This document shows positions 8,277-17,249 of a stretch of DNA of 64,000 nucleotides, piece after piece; position 1 is the first letter of the stretch; every line of letters starts with the position of its first letter. This DNA comes from an uncultured virus (IMG/VR IMGVR_UViG_3300046170_000428). Lineage: Duplodnaviria > Heunggongvirae > Uroviricota > Caudoviricetes. The DNA lies in the IMG/VR virus record IMGVR_UViG_3300046170_000428; one strand, written 5' to 3'. The translations under genes and the position numbers were made by a program. The notes beneath the pieces were generated by a model. That model was not told the origin of the DNA and ran no database searches. It saw nothing but the letters and a program-made list of their open reading frames with translations.

Positions 8277-9871
8277 TCCCAAGGCATGGGGTCGGTATAA
8301 CGAGGATCACCGCCATCATAAGATGTAGTAGGCGGCGAAACTATTGTTTGATTGTTAGCAGTATTATTATTTTGTACACTACTAGTCGGAGCATTAACAA
8401 CATTTTGTGTTTTTACCGCTCCACCGGCTCCACCCATTGCATCAAGCTCTTCGGCTTCTTGATTTCTTCTTGCTGCCACTCTTTCCGCAAAACGTTTTTC
8501 TCGTGCTTCTTTCCTTAATCTTGCTCTTTTAGCAAATAGACTTTCTCGTGGAAATTGTCTAGTAGGAGTAGGTTTAACCTCTTCTATAGCACCTGGAGTT
8601 TGCTCCTTTGGAGGAGAACTATCTACTTTTTTAGATACCTTTGGTGTTTCTTCTTCTTTACCTGTTTTTTCATCTTGACCTATTTTAAATGCTCTGACTT
8701 TATCACCAGCAGCTTTACTAAATTTATCAGCTAATAGCGCAGCACCTTCAATGACACTATTAACAAGACCGTTAATTAGTGTTTTGATTAAATCTGAAAA
8801 ACTAAAACTATCTAAAAACTTTTCAGCCTTATCAAGGCCAAATTTACCTAATAGCCATGATACTGCTTTTTTCAATAAGTCTAGTGGCATACCAATAACA
8901 GATTGAAGTAGACCTTTAATTGCACCAGCTAAACCTCCAAGAAATCCATCTTCAAGATATCCTTTAATCGCACCTTTAACTGTATCAAATGCAGTTATGA
9001 TTAATGTCAATGGTAAAAAGATTCTACCTATTACTCGGCCAATGTTACCAAGTATTGTCATAAATTGACTACCTTCTGAAAAAATAGCAAATGCGCTTTT
9101 AATAAATCCACCAGCTTTTTTTGCAGCCTCTATTGTAGCAGTAAAAGGTGCCTTAATAATATTGATAATTCTTGTAATTAAACTTACACCATCATCACCA
9201 CCGGTAAAAATAGCTTTAAACGGTTTTATTAAATCAGCAAGAGGTTCTAATGGAAACATAAATGCATTTTTAAGAAAAGTAACAACATTTCTTATTACTC
9301 GACCAAGACTACTTTCTCCAGAACTTGCAAAGAAATTTCGAATAGGTTGAATTGCTCTTTGTATTCCAGCCTTTGCGTCATCAATTAATGTAAGAGATTT
9401 CATCTTAAAGTCATCTGCAATCGCTGCTAATTGTGCACCTTTTGCAGAAAAGAAAGCTCGAATGGGCGTGAGTATTCTTTGTAAACCTGCAGAAATGTTT
9501 GCTCTTAAAGTTGAAAGATTTGTTTTAATTAATTCCATCAACTTATCAAGTCTAAAAAGTTTGGCATATACTTTAAGTGAATCTGCGAGGCCTTTCAAGA
9601 ATCCACCAAGGAGCGCAACAATACCTAAAAGAATCATTTTTAAATTATTCTTTGGTTCTTCGGCTTTAACATCTTCGGATGCCGCTGCACCTGCAGCCTG
9701 CTTTTCACGCATAGCTTCAAGCAACTTCATGTTTTGAAGCTGAACCATTTTGACAAAAGATTGCATAGTATTATTCAACGATTCCACTGCTGAAATAGTA
9801 CCTTCAAATCCTTTTTTATCAGATCGCTCTTGGTCTTTTAGACTTTGATTGACTTTCTCTAAAGTTGCCAT
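8273..9871 (-). CDS. probable tail tape measure protein (gp29 analogue)
   Basis: Long alpha-helical Ala/Gly/Ile/Lys-rich amphipathic protein, C-terminal NVVNAPT.SV.NN motif, directly downstream of gp26/gp51. Confidence 0.65.
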   Translation of the reverse strand: MATLEKVNQSLKDQERSDKKGFEGTISAVESLNNTMQSFVKMVQLQNMKLLEAMREKQAAGAAASEDVKAEEPKNNLKMILLGIVALLGGFLKGLADSLKVYAKLFRLDKLMELIKTNLSTLRANISAGLQRILTPIRAFFSAKGAQLAAIADDFKMKSLTLIDDAKAGIQRAIQPIRNFFASSGESSLGRVIRNVVTFLKNAFMFPLEPLADLIKPFKAIFTGGDDGVSLITRIINIIKAPFTATIEAAKKAGGFIKSAFAIFSEGSQFMTILGNIGRVIGRIFLPLTLIITAFDTVKGAIKGYLEDGFLGGLAGAIKGLLQSVIGMPLDLLKKAVSWLLGKFGLDKAEKFLDSFSFSDLIKTLINGLVNSVIEGAALLADKFSKAAGDKVRAFKIGQDEKTGKEEETPKVSKKVDSSPPKEQTPGAIEEVKPTPTRQFPRESLFAKRARLRKEAREKRFAERVAARRNQEAEELDAMGGAGGAVKTQNVVNAPTSSVQNNNTANNQTIVSPPTTSYDGGDPRYTDPMPWD

Positions 9872-9880
9872 AACTTTACC

Positions 9881-10072
9881 TTATCGTTTCATGTTCATTG
9901 CTTCTTGTTTAGCTTTTTCTTCTTTTACATGCTTTAATAATAATGCTACATAAATCTCTCTTTCGAAAGGTAGCATATTCTCTATCTCAGTCAAACTCCA
10001 ATTCCAATGTGTCATTAGAGAGAAATTTAAATTATAATAATTCTCTAGATTATCATGAGATAGAGTTATTAT
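9881..10072 (-). CDS. gp51: baseplate hub assembly protein gp51-like (not in ORF track; probably reached by -1 frameshift from gp26)
   Basis: Manual translation IITLSHDNLENYYNLNFSLMTHWNWSLTEIENMLPFEREIYVALLLKHVKEEKAKQEAMNMKR. The first in-frame ATG (10015) lies inside the conserved part. Confidence 0.8.
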   Translation of the reverse strand: MITLSHDNLENYYNLNFSLMTHWNWSLTEIENMLPFEREIYVALLLKHVKEEKAKQEAMNMKR

Positions 10073-10779
10073 AAAAAATTTGAAATACCCTCCACTAATA
10101 TTTCATTATTGTGCTCACATTGTGTGCATTTAAATTTTACAGTATGATTTAATTTAGGCATAGTTGTAAGAAAATCTTGAAGTAATTTAAACTGTTCTGT
10201 ATTCATTGATTCAATGAACTCGGTAACTTCTTTCTTTTCAACATCCTTCATATCGATTCTCTCATCTGGAGTTTCGACATATTCAATACAGCTATGCATA
10301 ATATTAAATATCTGATCTGAATTTAATTCACCTTCACCAATGCCTGATTCAATCATATCAGTGTATGATGGATATTTTAGCTGCACTTTAATATCATCAG
10401 TAATTGATATATTTTTTTCGACATTATTATCAATTTCAACTTTAATAGTATCAAGTTGGATTTTAATATCATTTGCGTGGCTACATTGATCACACTTAAT
10501 TGATATATCAGAAGACTCACCTACTGATTTTGATCTTAATTGTAAAAACATATATTCAACATCAAATGATGCAAGTTGACTTTCATAAATCTTATCATCA
10601 ATACATTCTATTAAAATATCAAGTACTGATCTAAACATGACTTTATTATCATTTGATTCTGCCGCAAGCATAAGAGACTTCTGCTCTTTTACTAAAAACG
10701 GACGATATCGAACCTTCTTACCAGATGACGGAATTATCATTTCATAAGACGGAGCATTATTAAGTTTTGGTAGTGCCAT
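10069..10779 (-). CDS. gp26: baseplate hub subunit gp26-like
   Basis: MALPKL..P.Y...IPS.GKKV.YRPFLVKEQK.L, LRSKSVGE, two CxxC pairs. Confidence 0.9.
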   Translation of the reverse strand: MALPKLNNAPSYEMIIPSSGKKVRYRPFLVKEQKSLMLAAESNDNKVMFRSVLDILIECIDDKIYESQLASFDVEYMFLQLRSKSVGESSDISIKCDQCSHANDIKIQLDTIKVEIDNNVEKNISITDDIKVQLKYPSYTDMIESGIGEGELNSDQIFNIMHSCIEYVETPDERIDMKDVEKKEVTEFIESMNTEQFKLLQDFLTTMPKLNHTVKFKCTQCEHNNEILVEGISNFL

Positions 10780-10794
10780 AATTTTAATTCACCT

Positions 10795-11394
10795 TTAAAA
10801 ATTAACTGATAATGATAACTGACCAGCTGGAACTCTCTTAAAATTAGTATAAGATAAAGCAACAGTTGTTTCAGCATAACCATCAGCATCGTTTGTATAT
10901 TCAATTGCCGTTATTGATGTTGGAAACGCATTAATTAATTCAACAGTATATGTTGCTACTTGAACATCAAGTGGCAAAGATCCTGTTAAAGCGCCAAGTG
11001 GCAACGGCATTGCCAATTGACTAATTATAACACGTTTCTGATATTCTGTTTTATATTTTGATGTTTGAGCATCTTCATTTAAAATAAGATCTCTCCATGT
11101 ATCAAAGTATCTTCTTACTGGTAGTGATGCTGTTTCCATAAATGTTAATGTTACATCTTCAATACCGTAACCATATGCAACCTTTTCAAATTTCATACCT
11201 ACACGTTTTTCATGAGTCAAAATTTGTTTTGAAGGTAGTTGTGCAGTTCTACAAAGAATATTCATGTTCCTTGAACCTAATGCGCCAATAAGTCCGCCAC
11301 CCCCAAGAGAAGGTAGGGTTACTAAAAATTTATTAGTCCTAGCTAAACCGCCACCAAAAGTAATTGAAGTTTTTAATTCTGATAAAGAAGCCAT
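10795..11394 (-). CDS. tail tube-related / baseplate-tail tube initiator (gp54/gp19-like)
   Basis: GGLARTNKF, CRTAQLP, VRRYFDTW, ELINAFPTSI pattern of tube-fold proteins; start MASLSEL at 11394. Confidence 0.7.
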   Translation of the reverse strand: MASLSELKTSITFGGGLARTNKFLVTLPSLGGGGLIGALGSRNMNILCRTAQLPSKQILTHEKRVGMKFEKVAYGYGIEDVTLTFMETASLPVRRYFDTWRDLILNEDAQTSKYKTEYQKRVIISQLAMPLPLGALTGSLPLDVQVATYTVELINAFPTSITAIEYTNDADGYAETTVALSYTNFKRVPAGQLSLSVNF

Positions 11395-11954
11395 TATAAT
11401 TTCTTTCTTGTATCTTTGTATACAGTATTTGCAGATGCTTTGTTCCAATTAGCACTTGGAAGAAAAGTTGCAACTTCCCATTCTGGTTTTTCAACTAAAG
11501 CAAATCTACTACGTACATGTTTAAATAGATAATGTTTCATTGCTGGCTCGACAAATCTTTTAGGTATTGCCCTCTTGTTTCCTATAATAATATCTAATAA
11601 TCTAGCTCGAACCGCTGGTGGTAAATAATGAAGATTAAGTCCCATAAATCCACCTTTAGCAGGTCCTAACATAATAATTAAAGGAAATCCATCATAATAA
11701 GGTAAAGTTTCTTTATATTTAGGATCATAAAAAAACATATACATATTTCCTTGTGGTCCAGTCCGAGTTACAGGTCTAGACTTTAATTCTAAAGCATCAT
11801 CTCTTAATAATTTATCTCTATTCATAGTAAAACGTCCACGAAACATCTGTCTCGCTTTATCTTTAAACCAACGAATAGATTCTTTTGTACGTGGAGTAAT
11901 ACCCGCACGAAATGCTTCTATCTCTAAATCTCTAAATAAACTTTCGCCTGCCAT
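11394..11954 (-). CDS. gp2: DNA end protector protein gp2
   Basis: MYMFFYDPKYKETLPYYDGFPL, GLNLHYLPP, HVRSRF; late promoter upstream. Confidence 0.9.
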   Translation of the reverse strand: MAGESLFRDLEIEAFRAGITPRTKESIRWFKDKARQMFRGRFTMNRDKLLRDDALELKSRPVTRTGPQGNMYMFFYDPKYKETLPYYDGFPLIIMLGPAKGGFMGLNLHYLPPAVRARLLDIIIGNKRAIPKRFVEPAMKHYLFKHVRSRFALVEKPEWEVATFLPSANWNKASANTVYKDTRKKL

Positions 11955-11959
11955 ACGAG

Positions 11960-11967
11960 TATTTATA
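11960..11967 (-). promoter_or_regulatory. T4-type late promoter TATAAATA
   Basis: TATTTATA on the plus strand just upstream of gp2. Confidence 0.7.
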
Positions 11968-11968
11968 A

Positions 11969-12466
11969 CTATTTTTTACGTTTTCTGAATGGAGCTAATG
12001 GCTTTAATTTGCCAGGAACTTTCTTCAGAGGTTTTTGCATAATACCCATGGATACTAATGTATGTTCTGTCCAGATTTGAAATTCCCACTTTCTATTCTT
12101 ACAAAATGAAGTTGCGGCTTCCCACTTATTCATATTTTTCACATAAGCAATTGCTTCTGTAACATATTGTCTTTTTGTTTTTCCTGTTTTTCTTGGAACG
12201 ACTGTTTCTTTGGAAGGTTTAATTTCCACGATGAGTGTTTTATCTTCAAAGACAATTTTGAGATCGGGATAATAGCGATGATACCTTTTATCAATATCGT
12301 ACCAATAAGGAATTACTATTTCTTCTGATGACCATTTTTTGACTTTCGGATTTCTGTCTAGCCATTTGAATACATCCCTTTCCCATAAAGATCTATAAAT
12401 TACATTAGATGGATCTCCGGCGTATTTCTTGGTATTCTCTACTATGTATGGACCTTTATATGCCAT
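11969..12466 (-). CDS. gp4: head completion nuclease gp4
   Basis: MAYKG...KKYAGDP.NVIYRSLWER, WSSEE..IPY, HRYYPD, VEIKP, N..KWEAA, IWTE. Confidence 0.92.
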   Translation of the reverse strand: MAYKGPYIVENTKKYAGDPSNVIYRSLWERDVFKWLDRNPKVKKWSSEEIVIPYWYDIDKRYHRYYPDLKIVFEDKTLIVEIKPSKETVVPRKTGKTKRQYVTEAIAYVKNMNKWEAATSFCKNRKWEFQIWTEHTLVSMGIMQKPLKKVPGKLKPLAPFRKRKK

Positions 12467-12475
12467 GTCTTTGTG

Positions 12476-12483
12476 TATAAATA
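12476..12483 (+). promoter_or_regulatory. T4-type late promoter TATAAATA
   Basis: Exact TATAAATA upstream of gp48. Confidence 0.7.
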
Positions 12484-12519
12484 GATTAAAGTTACATAAT
12501 ATGTATATAGGAAAATAGT

Positions 12520-13536
12520 ATGGCCGATAGACCAAAGCAACCATATCCTGGTCAATTAAAATATCCAATTAATCAAGAAGATCAGTATAATACTAAAATG
12601 GTTTTTCAAGCTGTGAAAGTTGAACCACCTAGCATTAATTCTTTAGGAGTAGCAAACGCTGCAACTTCAGTCACTGGAGGTGCGAGTGCTAGGAATAATG
12701 GAAATAAAGCCCCTATCACAAATAATCTTAGATTTTTTGATATTGGCGGAGAACGTGCAGATATATATGTTCCAATGGGCGGATTTCAAGTAGCAGATAC
12801 TTTTGATTATGCTCAATCGTCTTTAGGCACAATTGGTGCAGCCGCAGCAAATACTTTAAATCAAGGCGGAACGATTGGAGAATCAATTCGTAAAGGATTA
12901 TCTACGGCAGGTGCGTCGGCTATGGATGCATTAAAAGCCACATTCGGAGATCAATCTGTTGGAAGACTTGCCGCATTAAAAGTTGCACAATTTACAGGAA
13001 GTGAAACTGCACAGAATGTAGCAAGTATTACAGCTCGAGCAACAATGAATCCAAATATACGAACTAACTTTAATGGAGTGGCCGTTCGTGAATTTAGTTT
13101 TAGTTTTAAATTTATCCCTTGTTCTCGGGAAGAGTCATTAGCTGTAAAATCAATTATTAAATTTTTTAGATTCCATTCCTATCCCGAAGAGATCTCGAGT
13201 TTTGGTTCCTTCTCCGTAGGATTTGAATATCCCAATATGTTTAAAATTCGTTTATTATCAAATGCAGGAGATAGACATTTTAAAAATATTGGCACACCAA
13301 TTAAATTATGTTATTGTAAATCAGTAAGTACAAATTATAATGCAACAAATCCTGCATTACACGAAGATGGTTCACCAACAGAAATAGATTTATCTTTAAA
13401 CTTTACTGAATATAAAGCTCAAACACGAAAAGATATTGAGAATGAAGATAATGATTCATTCTATCATTTTGAAAATGGAACTGATGCTGGTACTAGTTCA
13501 AATCCGGGTCAGGGTAATACGATTGGCGGTACTTAA
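12520..13536 (+). CDS. gp48: baseplate tail tube cap gp48
   Basis: NPN....FNGV..REFSFSFKFIP.S.EE, YPN.FKI, DGSP...DLSL.F.E; precedes gp53. Confidence 0.85.
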   Translation: MADRPKQPYPGQLKYPINQEDQYNTKMVFQAVKVEPPSINSLGVANAATSVTGGASARNNGNKAPITNNLRFFDIGGERADIYVPMGGFQVADTFDYAQSSLGTIGAAAANTLNQGGTIGESIRKGLSTAGASAMDALKATFGDQSVGRLAALKVAQFTGSETAQNVASITARATMNPNIRTNFNGVAVREFSFSFKFIPCSREESLAVKSIIKFFRFHSYPEEISSFGSFSVGFEYPNMFKIRLLSNAGDRHFKNIGTPIKLCYCKSVSTNYNATNPALHEDGSPTEIDLSLNFTEYKAQTRKDIENEDNDSFYHFENGTDAGTSSNPGQGNTIGGT

Positions 13537-14270
13537 TGTCTAATTATTTTAAATACTTTCCTATTATTGATTATAAATTTGCCGATGAAACATCACCAGC
13601 TAAATTTGAAAATATATCAGTATATGCTGATGTTGTAGATCAAGTTGCAGATGCAACCATGATTTATGAAGAATATAATATTCTTCCTGGTGAAAGGCCT
13701 GATCAAGTTTCTGAAAAGTTATATGGAACTCCAGATTATCATTGGACTTTTTATTTAATGAATGATAATATCAGAGAACAAAGATGGCCACTTGCAAATG
13801 ATAAATTATTTGAAACAACAACTATTAAATATAATACTCGAGTAATTACAACTAGAACAAAATTAACTGATAAATTTAAAGTTGGACAAACTATTACTGG
13901 ATCTACTTCATCAGCTACAGCCACTATTGGAAAAAGAAATTTAGATTTAGGTCAGCTATATTTAGAAAATATTACGGGTACTTTTATTGCTGGTGAAAAT
14001 GTTACATCTACTAATGATGATAATGTAATTGAAACTATTGTAATTACAAGTTATGAGTTTCAATATAATGCTGCACATCATTATGAAAATGCTTCTGGAG
14101 AAACTGTTGACATAGATCCTGAAGTTGGTCCTGGTGCACAATTAACTGAAGTTACATGGTTAGAAAGAGTGAATAAAATAAATGAAGCTAATAAACAAAT
14201 TAAAGTCATTAAACCTGGTGTTGTACGTGATATAGTTAAAGCTTTTAGAGATGCAATTGGTAGTGTATAA
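13536..14270 (+). CDS. gp53: baseplate wedge subunit gp53
   Basis: YF..FP.I.Y, GERPDQVSEKLYG..DYHW (LysM-like), WPL, NE..KQIKVIKP. Confidence 0.9.
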   Translation: MSNYFKYFPIIDYKFADETSPAKFENISVYADVVDQVADATMIYEEYNILPGERPDQVSEKLYGTPDYHWTFYLMNDNIREQRWPLANDKLFETTTIKYNTRVITTRTKLTDKFKVGQTITGSTSSATATIGKRNLDLGQLYLENITGTFIAGENVTSTNDDNVIETIVITSYEFQYNAAHHYENASGETVDIDPEVGPGAQLTEVTWLERVNKINEANKQIKVIKPGVVRDIVKAFRDAIGSV

Positions 14271-15628
14271 TGACTGCAGAAAAAACCTCATTTGAATTTG
14301 AAACTATTGAACTAAATTCAGAACGTCTTGCTAGACCCGTTGAATTAAATCGTATTGTAAGTGATATTGAAATTTTTGAACATATTGAAAAACCATATCT
14401 TACTGCAAGAATGTTATTAATTGATGATAGTAGTTTTTATCAAGATGCAGATATTCTTGGATCAGAAAGCATTAAGATAGTAATACGATCATTAGAAGAT
14501 GGCGCTAGCGCTATAACTAAAAACTTTTTTATTTCTAAAATAGAAAAAGTTCAAAAAATTCAAGATAATTCACAAGTTATCGCATTTCATTTAGTTGAAG
14601 ATATTTTTTATTTTTCATCTTTAATTAATATTAATAGACATTATACTGGCAGCCCAATTCAAATTTTAAAAACTATTAGTAAACAATTTCTATCAAAAGA
14701 AATAACAAATATAGGTATTGATAAACAATTTTTAAGATGTATTATTCCAAATTGGTCTCCAATAAAAGCAATGGAATGGATTGCAAAAAGAGCATCAACT
14801 TCTAGAGGATATCCATTTTATTTGTATTCAACATTAGTTGAAAAAGAATTAAGATTTGAAGATCTTGCTAGTATACTTACAAGAACGTCATTAAATGGAA
14901 ATGGTGCAAAACATATTGTAGCATCAACAAAAGCTCAGGATACAATTAACGTAGAACAAACAAGAAGACTTATTAAAAATCATGATTTTGGTACACAAGA
15001 AGATTTATTAAGTCTTATTAGAAATGGATTAGTAAGTTCTAATCTTGAATATATTGATACTTTAACAGAAAATACTAAGAAGTTTAAATTTGATTCTAAA
15101 GATGATTTATTTAAGAAATTAACTCAAGATGAAATACTATCAAAAGAACAGCCGAACCCACCTGTTAATTATAACGAAAAAATTAATAATAAATTTATTA
15201 ATGATTATCAAAGTGCACAATTTACAAAAATTGGAGGGTCGATGCCTTTTAGGGATTCAGACGGAGTAACTAATCCTTTTGAATATGTTAATTGGACAAA
15301 TGCATACAGTGAAACGAAAAATAGTGCAGAATATAAATTATTAATAATTCAAACGGCTTTTGATAAAATGCTAAAAAAGAATCCACTAACAATTAACTTT
15401 GATGGAATGGAACTTATTAAAGGGGACTTTCACAAAACTATTGGACAAAATATTGACATTGTGTTTCAGCGTACACAAAGTAATAATGTAGCAGATCCAG
15501 ATGATAAGAAAAAATCAGGTAAATACTTAATATATTCAGTTAGGCATATGTTTAAAAAATCAGTAGATAAATACGACGTATCTGCAATGTGTGTAAAAAT
15601 TGGTAATTCAAAGAGAGTAGACATTTAA
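14270..15628 (+). CDS. probable baseplate hub protein (gp27/gpD-like)
   Basis: IFEHIEKPYLTA, IIPNWSP.KA..W, SGKYLI..VRH.F; lies between gp53 and gp5. Confidence 0.65.
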   Translation: MTAEKTSFEFETIELNSERLARPVELNRIVSDIEIFEHIEKPYLTARMLLIDDSSFYQDADILGSESIKIVIRSLEDGASAITKNFFISKIEKVQKIQDNSQVIAFHLVEDIFYFSSLININRHYTGSPIQILKTISKQFLSKEITNIGIDKQFLRCIIPNWSPIKAMEWIAKRASTSRGYPFYLYSTLVEKELRFEDLASILTRTSLNGNGAKHIVASTKAQDTINVEQTRRLIKNHDFGTQEDLLSLIRNGLVSSNLEYIDTLTENTKKFKFDSKDDLFKKLTQDEILSKEQPNPPVNYNEKINNKFINDYQSAQFTKIGGSMPFRDSDGVTNPFEYVNWTNAYSETKNSAEYKLLIIQTAFDKMLKKNPLTINFDGMELIKGDFHKTIGQNIDIVFQRTQSNNVADPDDKKKSGKYLIYSVRHMFKKSVDKYDVSAMCVKIGNSKRVDI

Positions 15629-16326
15629 TGAAATTTTATGGTGACAATTTTCGTTGGTTTATCGGTACAGTAGTTAACCTAAATGATCCGACAACTATGG
15701 GTCGAATAAAGGTAAGAGCTATTGGCGTACATGGTGATAGTATCTTAGATGATCAATTGCCGTGGGCACAAACTGTAGTTCCTATTAATGAAGGAGGAAC
15801 AAATGAAATTGGAAATGCCTTAGGTATTCAAGTAGGTGCGCGTGTATTTGGTATTTTTATGGATGGACAAAATTCTCAGTTACCTTTAATTCTAGGATCA
15901 ATGCCGAAGTATGAAGATGCAACTGAGGGAGATAGGTCAACACCTAGATTGTCTCGTGGTATAAACACGATTACAAAAACACCTGATACAGTAAATGGTG
16001 AACCAGAATCTCCTTATGCAGCGGTATATCCAAATAATAAAGTAACACAAACACCATCTGGTCATATAATAGAAATAGATGATACTCCTAATGCTGAAAG
16101 GATTCACATCTATCATAAGTCCGGATCATTTGTTGAGTTTCATCCAAATGGCGATGTAGTAACACAACATAAAAATGGATTTAAATTAACTACTGGTAAT
16201 GAAAAAATTCATATTACAGGTAAATTAGAAATTACGGTTGATGACGATATTTCAATTAAATCAACTGGCGGAAATATTTTAATTGAAACAGAAGACACAA
16301 GTAAGAAAATTGATTTAAATCCATGA
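15628..16326 (+). CDS. gp5: baseplate central spike gp5 (OB-fold plus short beta-helix, no lysozyme domain)
   Basis: WFIGTVV..NDP...GRIKVR..G.H, LPWA, VFGIFMDG...Q.P.ILGS, YP.N.V..T.SGH..E.DDTP..ERI..YHKSG. Confidence 0.9.
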   Translation: MKFYGDNFRWFIGTVVNLNDPTTMGRIKVRAIGVHGDSILDDQLPWAQTVVPINEGGTNEIGNALGIQVGARVFGIFMDGQNSQLPLILGSMPKYEDATEGDRSTPRLSRGINTITKTPDTVNGEPESPYAAVYPNNKVTQTPSGHIIEIDDTPNAERIHIYHKSGSFVEFHPNGDVVTQHKNGFKLTTGNEKIHITGKLEITVDDDISIKSTGGNILIETEDTSKKIDLNP

Positions 16327-16538
16327 CGCACGAATTTAAAATTATAAGGAATAGTATATTAGAAACTTATACAAATTACGACGATATACCAAATTCTTTT
16401 GATCATCTAATTAAGTTTGCTCCAGTGATTCCGCCAGAACCACATACAGATGAGCAACATGAAGAAATAGAAGAATGGCACAATAAATTTAAAAAGTTAA
16501 TGGAGATTGAACTTGCCAGCAGTAACACGAAAAGGTGA
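16323..16538 (+). CDS. small hypothetical protein between gp5 and PAAR
   Basis: YDDIP..FDHLIKF.P.IPPEPHTDEQHEEI; ATGA coupling. Confidence 0.65.
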   Translation: MTHEFKIIRNSILETYTNYDDIPNSFDHLIKFAPVIPPEPHTDEQHEEIEEWHNKFKKLMEIELASSNTKR

Positions 16539-16794
16539 TGCCGATGTACCGCACTGTTCGGGTATGGTAAGAGATGGTGCTTCAACAAATGTGTTTGTAA
16601 ATGGTAGGGGTATAAGCAGAGTAGGTGACAATAATACCGGACATTTACTTCCACCTGCTCCTTGTCCTGGGCATTCGGCACCAATAAGTTCAGGATCAAT
16701 AAGAGTATTTGTAAATAGTAAAGGATGTGGTAGAGTTGGTGATCCAACTTGTACATCAGTTGCTGAAGGTTCTTCAAATGTTTTCGCCGGATAG
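16513..16794 (+). CDS. PAAR spike-tip protein (gp5.4-like), probable TTG start
   Basis: PAVTRKGD...HC, NVFVNGRG..RVGD...H, GS..VFVN..GCGRVGD, GSSNVFAG; GGAGA SD before the TTG. Confidence 0.88.
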   Translation: MPAVTRKGDADVPHCSGMVRDGASTNVFVNGRGISRVGDNNTGHLLPPAPCPGHSAPISSGSIRVFVNSKGCGRVGDPTCTSVAEGSSNVFAG

Positions 16795-16795
16795 G

Positions 16796-16803
16796 TATAA
16801 ATA
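16796..16803 (+). promoter_or_regulatory. T4-type late promoter TATAAATA
   Basis: Exact motif before gp25. Confidence 0.7.
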
Positions 16804-16808
16804 GAGTT

Positions 16809-17249
16809 ATGGCACGAATATTTTCAATAGAAGACGGAACAATTGATACCGTATCGATAACAACTTCAAGAAATAAAGCGTATAGCGATCTTGATTTAAC
16901 ATTTGCTATTAAAGGCAATAAAGATATTTTTAAGAAGAACGATGCGGGAGCGGTTAAACAGGCTGTAAAAAATTTATTATTAACTAATTTTGGCGAAAAG
17001 CCTTTTAGTCCAAGGTTTGGTGGAAATTTAAATGCCTTTTTATTTAATCTTGATACTGAATTTGATGAACTTGAAATTGAAGATAACGTAGCTCAAGCTA
17101 TTGCAAATTTTGAACCGAGAGCAATTTTAAGAAGAGTAAGAGCTACATTATTACCAGATCAAAATTCAGTTAATGTAAAAGTAGTATTTCAAGTTGTCAA
17201 TGTTCAAGAAACACAAGAACTCAGTATAAATCTCGCGAGGTTAAGGTAA
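16809..17249 (+). CDS. gp25: baseplate wedge subunit gp25
   Basis: YSDLDL.F, AVKQAVKNLLLTNFGEKPF.P.FG, NFEPR. Confidence 0.93.
   Translation: MARIFSIEDGTIDTVSITTSRNKAYSDLDLTFAIKGNKDIFKKNDAGAVKQAVKNLLLTNFGEKPFSPRFGGNLNAFLFNLDTEFDELEIEDNVAQAIANFEPRAILRRVRATLLPDQNSVNVKVVFQVVNVQETQELSINLARLR

Noticed and set aside
11969..12466. TnsA-like transposase or homing endonuclease
   Set aside because: The PD-(D/E)xK motif and position next to gp2/gp48 identify it as head completion protein gp4.
16403..16918. 171-aa minus-strand ORF and the other short antisense/alternate-frame ORFs in the track
   Set aside because: They overlap well-supported genes (here PAAR and gp25) and have no recognisable motifs; treated as shadow ORFs.
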